Source of the DNA: Diplonema japonicum
Lineage: Eukaryota > Protista > Euglenozoa: Diplonemea
Reading direction: 5' to 3'
Length of the DNA stretch: 64,000 bases
Assembly (NCBI GenBank): GCA_964019335.1
Contig: OZ025670.1
Coordinates: 372,001-436,000 of the forward strand
Made by a program: the position numbers and the translations under genes. The notes beneath the pieces are model-generated. The model saw only the letters and a program-made list of their open reading frames with translations. It was not told the DNA's origin and did no database searches. Of this stretch, positions 23,356 to 34,115 are shown in pieces. How positions within the stretch are numbered: position 1 is the first letter of the stretch; the number at the start of each line of letters is the position of its first letter.

Positions 23356-25339
23356 ATGGATGGCCACGAGCCTGTGCTCGGAATCGACCTCGGCACGACC
23401 AACTCATGTGTAGGGGTGTGGGACTGGAAGCAGGAAACCGTGCGCATCATATCCACAGACGAGGGCGACCGCACGATCCCCTCCATCGTGTGCTTTAACA
23501 AAGGTGATGTGCTGGTGGGCGCAGCTGCGAAGAGGAAACTAACATCGGCACCGAAGACGACAATCTACAACTCCAAGAGGGTGATCGGCAGGCCGTTTGG
23601 GAAGCTAAGGCAGTGCGACCTAGACAGATGGACATTCGACGTAGTCAGCGAGGATGGTAGACCACGGTATAAGGTACTTGTAGAAGGGGAGGAAAAGTTA
23701 ATATCACCGGAAGAAGTGGGAGCTCTAGTATTAGCACATTTGAAAGAACTAGCCGAGAAGACCATCGGGGAGGAGGTGACTAAGGTGGTAGTGACAGTCC
23801 CTGCCTACTTTACAGAACCTCAGAGAAGGGCTACTAGGGACGCAGGGCTTCTCGCAGGGCTTGATGTAATCCGGATACTCCCAGAACCCACTGCCGCAGC
23901 CCTTGCGTTTGGGTTAGACCGCAAAGCACCGCAAGTCACCGAAGGTGGGGAAGCGTTTGTACTCGTCTTCGACATGGGCGGCGGTACCTTCGATGTCTCG
24001 ATCCTCGCGCTCGACGGCCGCGGCTCCTTCGTCACAAAGGCAGTGACGGGTGACTTCCATCTTGGTGGTGAGGACTTCGACGATCTGCTTGTCGAGTGGG
24101 CCATTGCACACCCTATGGTCAAACAGCACATAAGCACCGTGACACCGAAGTTCCGCCAGAAGCTCCGTAAAATCTGCGAAGCTGCGAAACGAGATCTTTC
24201 AAACAGCGACGAGACGTGCATCGAAATCGAGGTCTGCGGAGAGGAAGCCGCCCTTGAACTGACACGGGACACCTTCAACTCCCTGTGCAGCGAGCTGTTT
24301 GACAACGCTATGGGCGAGGTGCTGGACGCTCTGGACCTTGCTGGCATCGGGGAGGCAGATATCTCGAACATCGTGCTGGTGGGGGGCTCAACACGCATCC
24401 CGCGTTTGCAAGAGATGCTGAAGCAAAAGTTCACCGGAAAGAGGCTGTGGTGCGGGATGAATCCGGATGAGGCAGTGGCATGGGGCGCCACGGCACTGGC
24501 GGCAGCTACAATCTCAGGGAGGAAACAGACGTCCGGTGCCACTGCACCAGCACAGTCTGCGGGGGCCGCGATCCCGTTAAGGAACCTGGTATGCGACGCA
24601 ACCCTCCGTCCACACCCACACCCAGACCCTCACATCAATCACCCCTATCACATTGGGGATAGAACTCAGCGATGGTACTATGGACGTCCTTATCCCGAAG
24701 GGCACCAAGGTATGCGTTGCTATCCGGTGGGTGGTGAAACCCACTCCGTTTAACAGATACCGTCATCCCGTTCTGACGACTACACGACTGCGATAGCGAG
24801 CCAGAGGTCGGTTGTCATCCAGGTATGACAACAAAAGGGAAAGCGATGTCACAACGAATCAGGTGTTCGAGGGAGAATGTACCACCCGTGCGAAGGATAA
24901 TTATATGTTGGGCAAGTTTTCGCTTCCCGTGGAGGATGCTGCAGCAGGGGTGCCAATGATAAAGGTGACATTCGAGATCACGGTATGGTGTTGAAGGCGT
25001 TTTAGGTGAACACACACAATGCAGGCGGACGGGCTGTTCCTAGTGACCGCAAGGGACACCAAGAACAAAAAGGAGATCACGGTGAAATTAGAAAACTCCA
25101 ATCTTACGGGAGACGAGAAAAACCAAATCGTAGCTGCTGTCGGAACCGAGCGAGGGAGGCTTCGTGCGTTCATTTCTCATGTCTACGGGAAGGCCAGTGC
25201 CGCCGATCACCAGGAGCTGATGACGGCTTGCAGCAAGCTGCTCGAGTGGCTTCATTCGTACCCAGAAGCCTCAAAGACAGAGATCACAACTAACCATAAT
25301 AGACTAGAAGAGCTTACAAAGGCTGCCGGCTTGACATAG
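23356..25339 (+). CDS. Divergent HSP70-family chaperone, 5 exons
   Basis: GIDLGTTNSCV, VVTVPAYF, VFDMGGGTFDVS, LVGGSTRIP, NPDEAVAWGA. Introns 24589-24625, 24710-24756, 24823-24862 and 24983-25024 restore the substrate-binding domain (ITPITLGIE, IQVFEGE, VTFEITADG). No EEVD or KDEL end. Confidence 0.93.
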
Positions 25340-25426
25340 ACACTTTCTTTTCCCCCTCTTTTCCCCCCCCTCCCCCACCCCTTCTAAACAGAAAAGGTTT
25401 TAAAAAAGGAAAAGATAAAATTACAC

Positions 25427-26308
25427 ATGGCCTGTGTGAGGTATGGCGGATGCGTGCTGGAGATGGACGGAGGTGAGATACATGATGCGGGACCACGAAA
25501 GACGGAGGTAAGTACAATGGAAGAACCGCAGCAGCCTGGCAAGCTGTTCATATTGAGCGGAAGCGGAGGGGAGACACACTTTGCCAAGGAGAAGGGCAAG
25601 GATCTGTTTGGGTTCCGGCACAGCTTGAACGCGAAACCGTGCCTCCGGCTGCGGCACAAAACATGGGACAGAGCCAAGACTCTACAAGGGGGGTCGAAGA
25701 TACCCCCTTGTCCGTGGTTCACACGGCACATACCCATCCTGCAACGTGTGGAGGACAGCTTGTACCCGTCATTGTTGGAGATAGAAACACCGGTAGCAAA
25801 GCAACACGCAGCGTCCCCTCTCGCCTCTTTAGATGGTACGATGCCGTTGTTGAAAAAGATGTCCACACCAGACTTCGAACTGGATTCGTGGACGTACGAT
25901 AATTTTGATGGTTTTGGCATACCCATACATAACGCGAACCGGAACCGGTTATACATGGCAAGGGAGTTACCAAGAGGGACTCCTGTGCAGCATCCACACT
26001 ATCAACGTTTGATGAGGCTTCCTAGGAAACGTGGTGCGATGTCCCCGGCGCGTTCTCCGAACGCTGATTTTCTCCTCACGGCGTCGGTTCGCTATCGGTC
26101 GGCTGAGAACCCGTACTTCGCGCGGGCGAAGCCGGGGTGGAGGGGGAAAGGGAAACACATCCACCCGCAGCATTCCAAGGTCTCGCTTTCGTATTTCAAC
26201 GAAGAGCACGGCAGACACCCTCGTGAACGTCTTACCACCGACCAAGATATCCGCAGCTCTGCAGCGTACATCCCATCAAACACAAGCTTCGGCGAGTTTG
26301 ACACGTGA
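25427..26308 (+). CDS. Hypothetical protein (start uncertain)
   Basis: 293-aa ORF on the gene strand filling the gap between two genes. No recognised domain. Confidence 0.6.
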   Translation: MACVRYGGCVLEMDGGEIHDAGPRKTEVSTMEEPQQPGKLFILSGSGGETHFAKEKGKDLFGFRHSLNAKPCLRLRHKTWDRAKTLQGGSKIPPCPWFTRHIPILQRVEDSLYPSLLEIETPVAKQHAASPLASLDGTMPLLKKMSTPDFELDSWTYDNFDGFGIPIHNANRNRLYMARELPRGTPVQHPHYQRLMRLPRKRGAMSPARSPNADFLLTASVRYRSAENPYFARAKPGWRGKGKHIHPQHSKVSLSYFNEEHGRHPRERLTTDQDIRSSAAYIPSNTSFGEFDT

Positions 26309-26480
26309 CCACCCCTGAGTTCCCTCGGGGAAGCAAGTATAGATTTTAAATCTACGAATTCTTTTTTTTCTTATTTATTTATTTCCCCCCAGCCCATTGT
26401 ACTATTTATCATTCAACACCATCACAGCGTCGTTCCCCCTCACCTTCTCCCAAGGGGGTGGCATATCGGGAGGGTCGTGG

Positions 26481-29113
26481 ATGAGTCGGGATGACGGGGC
26501 ACCGCTCACCCGGCTGGCATCCTCCCCTCGGTCGTCTGACGTTGTAGCTCATGCGATGAAGGTGATATGTGGGGAAGCTGATGGGGTGTACCCTGCAAGG
26601 ACGCCTGGTAGTGTGTGTTTGACTCCGTTTAATGCACCTGCACTCTCTCTCGGCTCGACTCCTCCTTTCAAAACGCTGCCCTCTTCTTCTTCCTCGGGAC
26701 AAAAAGTTCTTAGCCCGCCGTCATTTGTTTCACCATCGAACCACAACACGCGGAGTCTCGGCGGAACACCTAACTCCCTGTCATCTCTCACCTCGCCTTC
26801 TGGGGTCACCATGCTTCCAAGGACTCCTCTCAACAACTCCCTCATTGACCCCATACCACGTGCGCCCTCGATGCCCAGCACAGCCCCTTACCTATCCCTC
26901 ATGCCTTCGTCTTTCCGTAGTGAATCTAAGCCTGTCATCAGTCTTGGCGGAAGCCCTCTTGAGAAACCCAAGGACGATGACAGGCTCATCCACATCTGCA
27001 CACCACAGGTCACCACCCACCGGCTGTGCGACTATAAGACTGTGTGGGACTTGAAAAAGTCTCTGCAGTGCTTCCTAAACGTGCTGACCCACAGGCAAGA
27101 AATCCTCCTCGACGGGAGGATCCTTACAGATTCGGAAGAACTGGCCCTGATATATCCCGTTACTGGGGAGCTGTGGCTCTCCATGAAGGAGGTTCCTAGA
27201 TTGCCTATTTCCGTGACGCCGGTTCTGCAACCGAGCACACCGCAGAGGGGGTTTTCCTTCTCCTTGAATGACCCCTTAGGTGTGGGCTTCAAGAGAAGCC
27301 TCACTGAGGGGTCTCTTGGGCCTGACAGGATCATCGACGACAGGAAACCGCCGGAAGTTCCTGTGGATAAATACAAGCAGCCCGAGAAGCAGTTTCTGGG
27401 CGAAAGAGAAATCAAGCAACGGCCGCACTCCGGCAGCATGAGCACAGATCCCGACAGGAGAAGGAGGCCCTCTGGGACCTCGACACCCTCTTGCATGCAC
27501 ACGATACCCTCCGCTACGTGGGTACCGTCCGTCATCACGCTGGGCACATCTGAGGGTCTGAACTCAAACTGCAGCTACTCGACATCTTCAACACCAGCAC
27601 TTACGCCAGTCTTAAATGAGTTGGTTGTGAGCAGTGTACATGTGACCCTGGGGCCAGGGTGCAGGCACACAGGCAGGAACAGGGGCCAATCTAAGGTCGC
27701 CATCGGACCTGCGGAGTCTTTCTCAGCCACGCCGCAATCGTCGCCTTCGTCCATCGCGAAGCGGCTGCCGCACCATGATATCAGCGACATTAATGAGGTT
27801 TCTGCTTCGGAGTCGCCGCTTATCAGTCCCATGGCGACGAGCCCTGAGCTGCCCCCGCAGCCCACGCCGCCTCCCACCGCCCCTTCAGCCCCTGTCGCCA
27901 CTGTCGGCTTTGATGACGACATGCCCTACCCAGACGTAGACATGGGGAAGCTAGCCAACGCATGGCACAGCATACGGTCCTCGTCACACTCGTGGCCGTC
28001 GGTGGTGTACGCCGTGTCGCGGTATGACGAGACGACGGTGTACTGCACAGTGGGGAAGAAGGGCCTCACAGTGTATAACGTGAAGACGGGCACGCACCAT
28101 GTGGTGCCCGTGCAGGCAGAAAGCGTGCGGAAACTAGAAGCCTGTGAAGAATGCCTAATCGTCAGCAAGAACGACGGACTAAACTGCTGGGACATGAGGG
28201 AGGAGAAGATGGTGTGGACGGACAGCGAAGCATGCGACGTTGTAGAAACAGGCGGCGGGCTGATGGCAGTAGGCGGAACAGAAGGCACGCTGTGGCTGTG
28301 CGGGGTACGAGAGTACAAGAACAGGATTCAACTCTTCGACAAGCGTGCTGTGAGCCCATGGCGCTTTGTGAACGTTGACATCGCACATGTGACCGCAGTG
28401 ACAGAGTCGAACGAGCTGTTCATATGGTGCACCAGACGGACTGCGGAGAGATCCTCAGGTACCTTAGTAGGGTACCGTCCCTTGAAGACGGAGACCAAAG
28501 GGCTGCTTGAAGGTAACCTTAGGAAAATCCTAATGTCAAGTGGTATGGAGTTCGAGAAACAGATTGTCAGGACACACCACAGGAACCATATGCACGCAGC
28601 ATGACACAAACAAAGAAGGTGTCAAGAACTTGTTGCTGTGGGACGCCGAAACAGGGATGAACCTTACTGCGTGGCAGCATAACACATATGAGCCGGGAGT
28701 CGACCTGTCGATGGCTGTGTTCGGGGTGAAGAATGACGGTATGTTGTGCTAGATTTGAGATATTTTTTTTTTTCAATACAGTCCTCATTGCGGTGGCCAA
28801 TACCACATACTTGAGATTGATCAGGTATCGGTCAGGGGGCTCCCCTTCTGTTGAGGTAGATTATGTGATACCAAACGGCGCAGGAAAATGTCTTGGCTTG
28901 GTGTGTTTTTTTTTTGGGGGGGGGAAATTTTATTTTATTTTTCAGTCTTTTGGCGGGCCGAGTTGTATCATTGCAATTCACCAGCACACAGTCTTGAGCT
29001 GGCAATGTGTTCCGTATGTTAATAACGGGAGGGGGGGCAAAAAAAAATAAAACAGGGCGCGACCGCAAATGTCTCAGAAGAAAAAGAAATCTGAGAAATG
29101 TTGTATCATGTGA
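26481..29113 (+). CDS. Ser/Pro-rich protein with ubiquitin-like segment, WD40-like C-terminal region and CaaX end, 5 exons
   Basis: TVWDLKKSL...RQEILLDGRILTDSEEL is ubiquitin-like; LNCWD and LLLWD are WD-like. Introns 28543-28582, 28739-28781, 28901-28945 and 29014-29055 give the terminus SQKKKKSEKCCIM*. Confidence 0.75.
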
Positions 29114-29134
29114 TTTTTTTTTTCTTTTTTTTTT

Positions 29135-29980
29135 TTTACTTAATTCTGTAAAGTTACATGAGGAAATTTATAAAGAGCCATAAAAATCAGAAATCACTTT
29201 ACCGTTCACGAGTAAATGTAAAGTGAAGAATAAAGGTAAAGTAATAGGCCGAATTTGGCTTAAAAAAGTGCCGTAAATGTAAAGTAAAATCTGATTTTTA
29301 CTCTGAGCAATTTTCGGGCTTTTTCGGTATTCGTCTTCATTTTTTGCATCTGGTGGCCGCTAACACCGCCGTAGGTCAGAAGTCAGGACCCTCGGCCAGG
29401 GAGTCAGGTATCTGAGGCAAAAAACAGTCTCTGAACTAAAAGAGGCATAAACACACTTTGCCACGTTTCCGGGCCACCAAGCATTACACCTGAGGCTGGC
29501 AAATGCCGAAAATTACACTGGCCATGCATACAGGCGTTCTTTTGCACAATACCTTGTTGATGAAGGAACCTGCTATTTTGGCTGGAAGTCAGACCTGATC
29601 AAGCCCCCGCACAAAACCAGCAGTTTCTGAAGAGCGATGATCAAGTGCCGACACAAATTACACAAAACCTACAGAATTCTGTCAATTTGACACCGCCTTC
29701 TCAGGCACTTAGGCTTAGTTTTGACATCAGTGTGAACATTTCGCAGAAGTGAACATAAAGGGTTCACAGTGTCCGAAATTTCCTCATTTAACTTTACAAA
29801 AATTAAGTAAAATATCATATTAAATAAAAATCAGCCAGATTTTTACTCGGAATTTTTTTTTTTTCACTCGTTTTTTTTGAATTTCACAAGCGAAGCGAGT
29901 GGAATTCAACTACTCGTGAAAAAAAAAAAAAATTTCCTCGTAAAAATCAGGTAATCTGATTTTTATTTAGTAAATAGTCA
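29135..29980 (+). mobile_element. Hairpin-ended non-autonomous element, family B (full-length, about 850 bp)
   Basis: About 35-bp inverted repeat at 29135-29169 / 29776-29811. About 150-bp palindrome 29819-29971 with GCGAAGC tip. AATAGTCA end, T-runs on both sides, and a second copy at 32609-33069. Confidence 0.8.
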
Positions 29981-30575
29981 TTTTTTCCATTATATTCCCC
30001 GGGGTGGGGTGGGGAGAGAAACAAAAAGTAAAAAAAAAAAAAGAATAATAATTCAATAAAACACAAAAACAAAAAAATAAATAAAAAAATTCTTGCTGTA
30101 CAATTATCAATAACGTTATCTATCTGGAAAAAAAAAAAAAGAAAAAAGAAAAAATTAGGATAAAGTGCTACTTTTAAAATAACGTTGTTGATAAAAAGTT
30201 GCGAGTACACAAAAAAAAAAAAAAATAATAATAATAATAAATCTGTTTTTTGTCTATACCCCATGTTTCCCGATAGGTTTTTTTTTTCTTCTTCTTCTTT
30301 CTTTTTTCTTTTTTTTTTTTTTTTTATCCTTCCTCTTTTTCCTTTGCATCACGAATATACTTTTTTTTTTTTTCTTTTTTTTTTCTTCCTTCTTTTACTT
30401 AAAAGCAAAAAATAGCTACCAACATCCTCGCAACCCGCCGTATATTAATCTTTCTTTGTGTTCTTTTCTCACAGCTAACTCTCTTGCTGATGGGCTCTTC
30501 CCCTCTCCCCTTTTTTTTTCCCTGTTCACTGATGATATATTAATAAACCTCCTTTTGGTGGCAAATAGGCGTTTA

Positions 30576-30613
<38 letters not shown>

Positions 30614-30666
30614 GTTTGTGCAGGTGGTGGGGATAACATGAAAATATAAGAAAAACATCAGATGTG

Positions 30667-30956
30667 TTGTTCGCTGTTGACCTCCTCGTCGGTCATCACC
30701 GGTAGCGCCCGAGTGGAAGATCATAAAGCAGATGCTCAGGGTGACGAACAAGCAGCAAACTGCACGAGCGCAGAATCTTGGTTACCCGGGACGCCCCGGC
30801 TAGGGTTGAGCACACTGCACGCATTAAGGACGCGACGCGGAACGCAAAAGAAGCTACAACTCGGCCGGGGAGCGCCCCCTGTAATCAAGTAGGTAGTTCG
30901 TGCTTCATTGCACGCTTAACGCCACCTAGTGTTGCAATCAAAGCCCCATTTTTTTT
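30667..30956 (+). ncRNA. Candidate ~290-nt structured RNA (family unknown)
   Basis: GC-rich island with a three-way junction (TTGTTCG/CGAACAA) and a long rod (GCACGAGC/GTTCGTGC, CTTGGTTAC/GTAATCAAG, CCCCGGCT-A-GGGTTG/CAACTCGGCCGGGG), then an ATTGCA/TGCAAT hairpin and T8. G-U pairs form only on +. Confidence 0.5.
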
Positions 30957-32002
30957 CAGGCGTCCTGTCACATACCGCAGGTACCCTTAAATGTCTCTTT
31001 TTTTTTTTTTTTTTTTTTTTTTCTTTTTTTTTTTTTTTTGTTTGTAGCTCCTTTTTTGTTTTCTTTTTTTTTTTCTCTATTAAAGTGTTGCAGGGAAAAC
31101 ATTTATAAAAGTTTTCTTTTCTTTTTCTTTTTTTTTTTTTTTTTTTTTTGTACAATTGTCCTGCTCCCCTCACCTTTTTTTTTTCCTTTCTCCTTTCTCC
31201 CGCATGTCTTTGAAGTGCCACAAAGCAAATGAAAAAAAAAAAAAAAAAAAAAAAAAGGGTTGGGGCATTAAAGATATGAAGGGTTACCTATGAGTGCAAT
31301 TTTCAAGCAAGCAAAAAAAAAAAGAAACGAAAAAAAAAAGAAAGAAGAAAGAAAAAGCGAATGAATGATGAGTCCACAAACCGATCCGCTGTCCCCCCCC
31401 CCCCCCCCCCAGAACAGACTTGTATAAAACAGAAACAAAAAGAGAAAAACAACGTTCACGGTAAACAAATAACTTTTTTCCATCGTAAAGAAAGGAGAAA
31501 AAAAAACCGCATACGCAACAAAGCCCAAGGGCTCAGGTGAAAGGTACTTAAGCAGAGCTCTGCTACTACTCTCGACCTTTTTTTTTTTTTTTAAAGTTTT
31601 CTACACAGGAAAGAGCAAAAGTGAAGGAACTCCTGGTACTCCTTCTGGATGACCTTTCGATAGCTTCTTTGAAGTGCACCTCCCACTCGGGTTTGCGAAC
31701 AAATTTTTATATTTCTATATTATCCCACCACCTGAAAAAGTTATGGGTTGCCGTGGACGGTGGAAAAAAAAAAGAAAGTTCCTACTTACATGGTTTAGTG
31801 GAGTGGAAGTAAAAATAGGTTGCCGAGGAGAGTTGGAAATTTTTTTTACAAAAAAAACCATCTAAAACCTATTTGGTCGCCGCGTACGTTGTTATTCTCA
31901 AACAAAAAAAAATTCCGGCTCTGTGCTTGACACGTGCCCCTTTTCGCACAACGAAGAAAAGAGGGAAGGTGCTTCAGCTGGTTTTTTTTTTTTTTTTTTT
32001 TT

Positions 32003-32573
32003 TTTTATTTCACTCTTCGTCATTTTCTTCACTCACTAGGGGCCTCATTATTTAACGCGAAATGGCCATTATTTAACGCGAAACGGCCATTATTTAACGC
32101 GAAATCGCCATTATTTAACTAGTTAAATAATGAGATTTTGCAGTTAAATAATGGCCCTTCAGAGTGAAAAAATGGGTCTTGTCGTGGAAAAAAATGCACC
32201 CAACCCCTTGAAAAATTTTTTTGGGGTGGGGGTATTTTGACTATTTTTGGCCATCTGAGGCCATTCCAGCCCTTAAAAGTGGGAATAAGTGCCTTACTTC
32301 CCCTTTAAATGCCACGGCGAAATAGCTACCCTGTATTACCTTAGGAAAATCCCCAAAAAGCTGACCTGCGTGAAAAAAAACAGCAGTGAAAGCAGTGAAG
32401 AGTGAGTGACTCAAATGACGAAGAGTGAAATAAAACGACTTACTTGCCGCCAAATGAGCCATTATTTAACACTCGTTACCCGTTTTTTTGCACTCGGGCC
32501 CTGCGGGCCCTCGTGCAAAAAATTCGGGAACTCGAGTTAAATAATGACTCATTATTTGTTGGCAATAAATAGT

Positions 32574-32575
<2 letters not shown>
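32003..32575 (+). mobile_element. Hairpin-ended non-autonomous element, family C (about 570 bp)
   Basis: Perfect 23-bp inverted repeat TTTTATTTCACTCTTCGTCATTT (32003-32025) / 32413-32435. Palindrome 32444-32565 with GGCCC-TGC-GGGCC tip. AATAGTTA end between T-runs. Confidence 0.75.
32046..32153. repeat. 21-bp tandem iterons with core CATTATTTAAC, plus two inverted copies
   Basis: CATTATTTAAC starts at 32046, 32067, 32088 and 32109. GTTAAATAATG at 32122 and 32143. The same core forms the arms of the element's terminal palindrome (32460, 32536). Confidence 0.9.
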
Positions 32576-32608
<33 letters not shown>

Positions 32609-32615
<7 letters not shown>

Positions 32616-33069
32616 AATTCTGTAAAGTTACATGAGGAAATTCCTAAAGAGCCATAAATTGCACAATACCTTGTTGATGAAGGAACCTGCTGTTTTGGCT
32701 GGAAGTCAGACCTGATCAAGCCCCCGCACAAAACCAGCAGTTTCTGAAGAGCGATGATCAAGTGCCGACACAAATTACACAAAACCTACAGAATTCTGTC
32801 AATTTGACATCGCCTTCTCAGGCACTCAGGCTTAGTTTTGACATCAGTGTGAACATTTCGCAGAAGTGAACATAAAGGGTTCACAGTGTCCGAAATTTCC
32901 TCATTTAACTTTACAAAAATTAAGTAAAATATCATATTAAATAAAAATCAGCCAGATTTTTACTCGGAATTTTTTTTTTCACTCGTTTTTTTGAAATTCA
33001 ACTAAACTCGTGAAAAAAAAAATTCCTCGTAAAAATCAGGTAATCTGATTTTTATTTAATAAATAGTCA
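32609..33069 (+). mobile_element. Family B deletion derivative
   Basis: Nearly identical to 29135-29980 but lacks about 29185-29541 and the GCGAAGC hairpin tip. Same left end and AATAGTCA right end. Confidence 0.85.
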
Positions 33070-34033
33070 TTTTTATTATTATTAATTATTTTGAGATTTA
33101 TTAACGGTGTGCGATATTTTTTTTTTTTTTCTTTTTCTCCCAGTTGGCTGTCAAATTTTTCTCAGAATAGAAAATCACTATCATCATGACTTTTTCAAGA
33201 AATTGTCTTTTCGTTTAAAGAACGAAAGTAAAAACTGCACTGCCTAAAAAAATCGTATTTTACCCCCCCCCCCCCACCCTCTAAGGCTCATTCCGTTACT
33301 CCCCTACCCCCCTTTTTTTTTTCTTTTTTGAGGTGACGAACTGGGAGTTGGGAGGCTTTATCTTTTTTATGCTGTTTTCCTGGCAAAGTGTTCAGGGAAA
33401 TAGAAGGGAAAAAAAAAAAGAAAACCACCTTCACCTCGAACCGTCAGCTATTTTTTTCATCGTTTTTTTTTTTTTTTTTTTTTTTTCTCCCGTCCCGTCT
33501 AGGAAGGACCAATTTTGAGACGACTATTGTTTGTTGACACTTGAATTTTTTTTAGAATTTGTAGCGATTTTTTGGTCTCTAGAAATAAACCCCCTTTTTT
33601 TTTTTTTTTATTGCCAGAAATCAATTAATGACTTGTAGTGGAAAAAAGAAGAAATCCTTTACCCCATTGTGCGAAACATTTTTTTGTGTACCTTTTCACT
33701 CCTTTCTCTCCCCTCTTCTCCTTTTCCCTTTCTTTCTATTCTTCCTCTCCCCTTTCTTGTTCCAATAGCATAACACACGCGAAGAAAAAAGAAAAAGAAA
33801 AGGTCAATGGGGTTTTTGGAATAGGGGGGAGAGAGTTTCCCCCCTTTTTTAGAATGAGTTCTCAGAACGAAGAAAACTTATGAAACGAAAGAAAAAATTT
33901 GATGACATTTTAATGAGTCTCTCTTCCCTCAACTCTCTTCAACCAAACAACTGTGTCAAAAACAAACTAAAATCTAAAGCGTACATCTGTGGATCCAACC
34001 AGATCCCTTCCCCCCGCGCTGCTGATCCTCACA

Positions 34034-34115
34034 GGCGAGATGGCCGAGCGGTCTAAGGCGTTGCGTTAAGGCCGCAATCTCTTCGGAGGCGTGGGTTCAA
34101 ACCCCACTCTCGTCA
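34034..34115 (+). tRNA. tRNA-Leu(AAG)
   Basis: GGCGAGA/TCTCGTC acceptor, TGGCCGAGCGG A-box, TTGCG-TTAAGGC-CGCAA anticodon arm, long variable arm, GGTTCAAACC B-box, followed by a T-run. Confidence 0.96.

Noticed and set aside
30662-30892. 76-aa ORF over the structured island
   Set aside because: No recognisable motif; extensive base pairing explains the GC content better. Not formally excluded.
32046-32132. Regular 21-bp repeats as a CRISPR array
   Set aside because: Head-to-tail repeats with no unique spacers, no cas genes, eukaryotic context.
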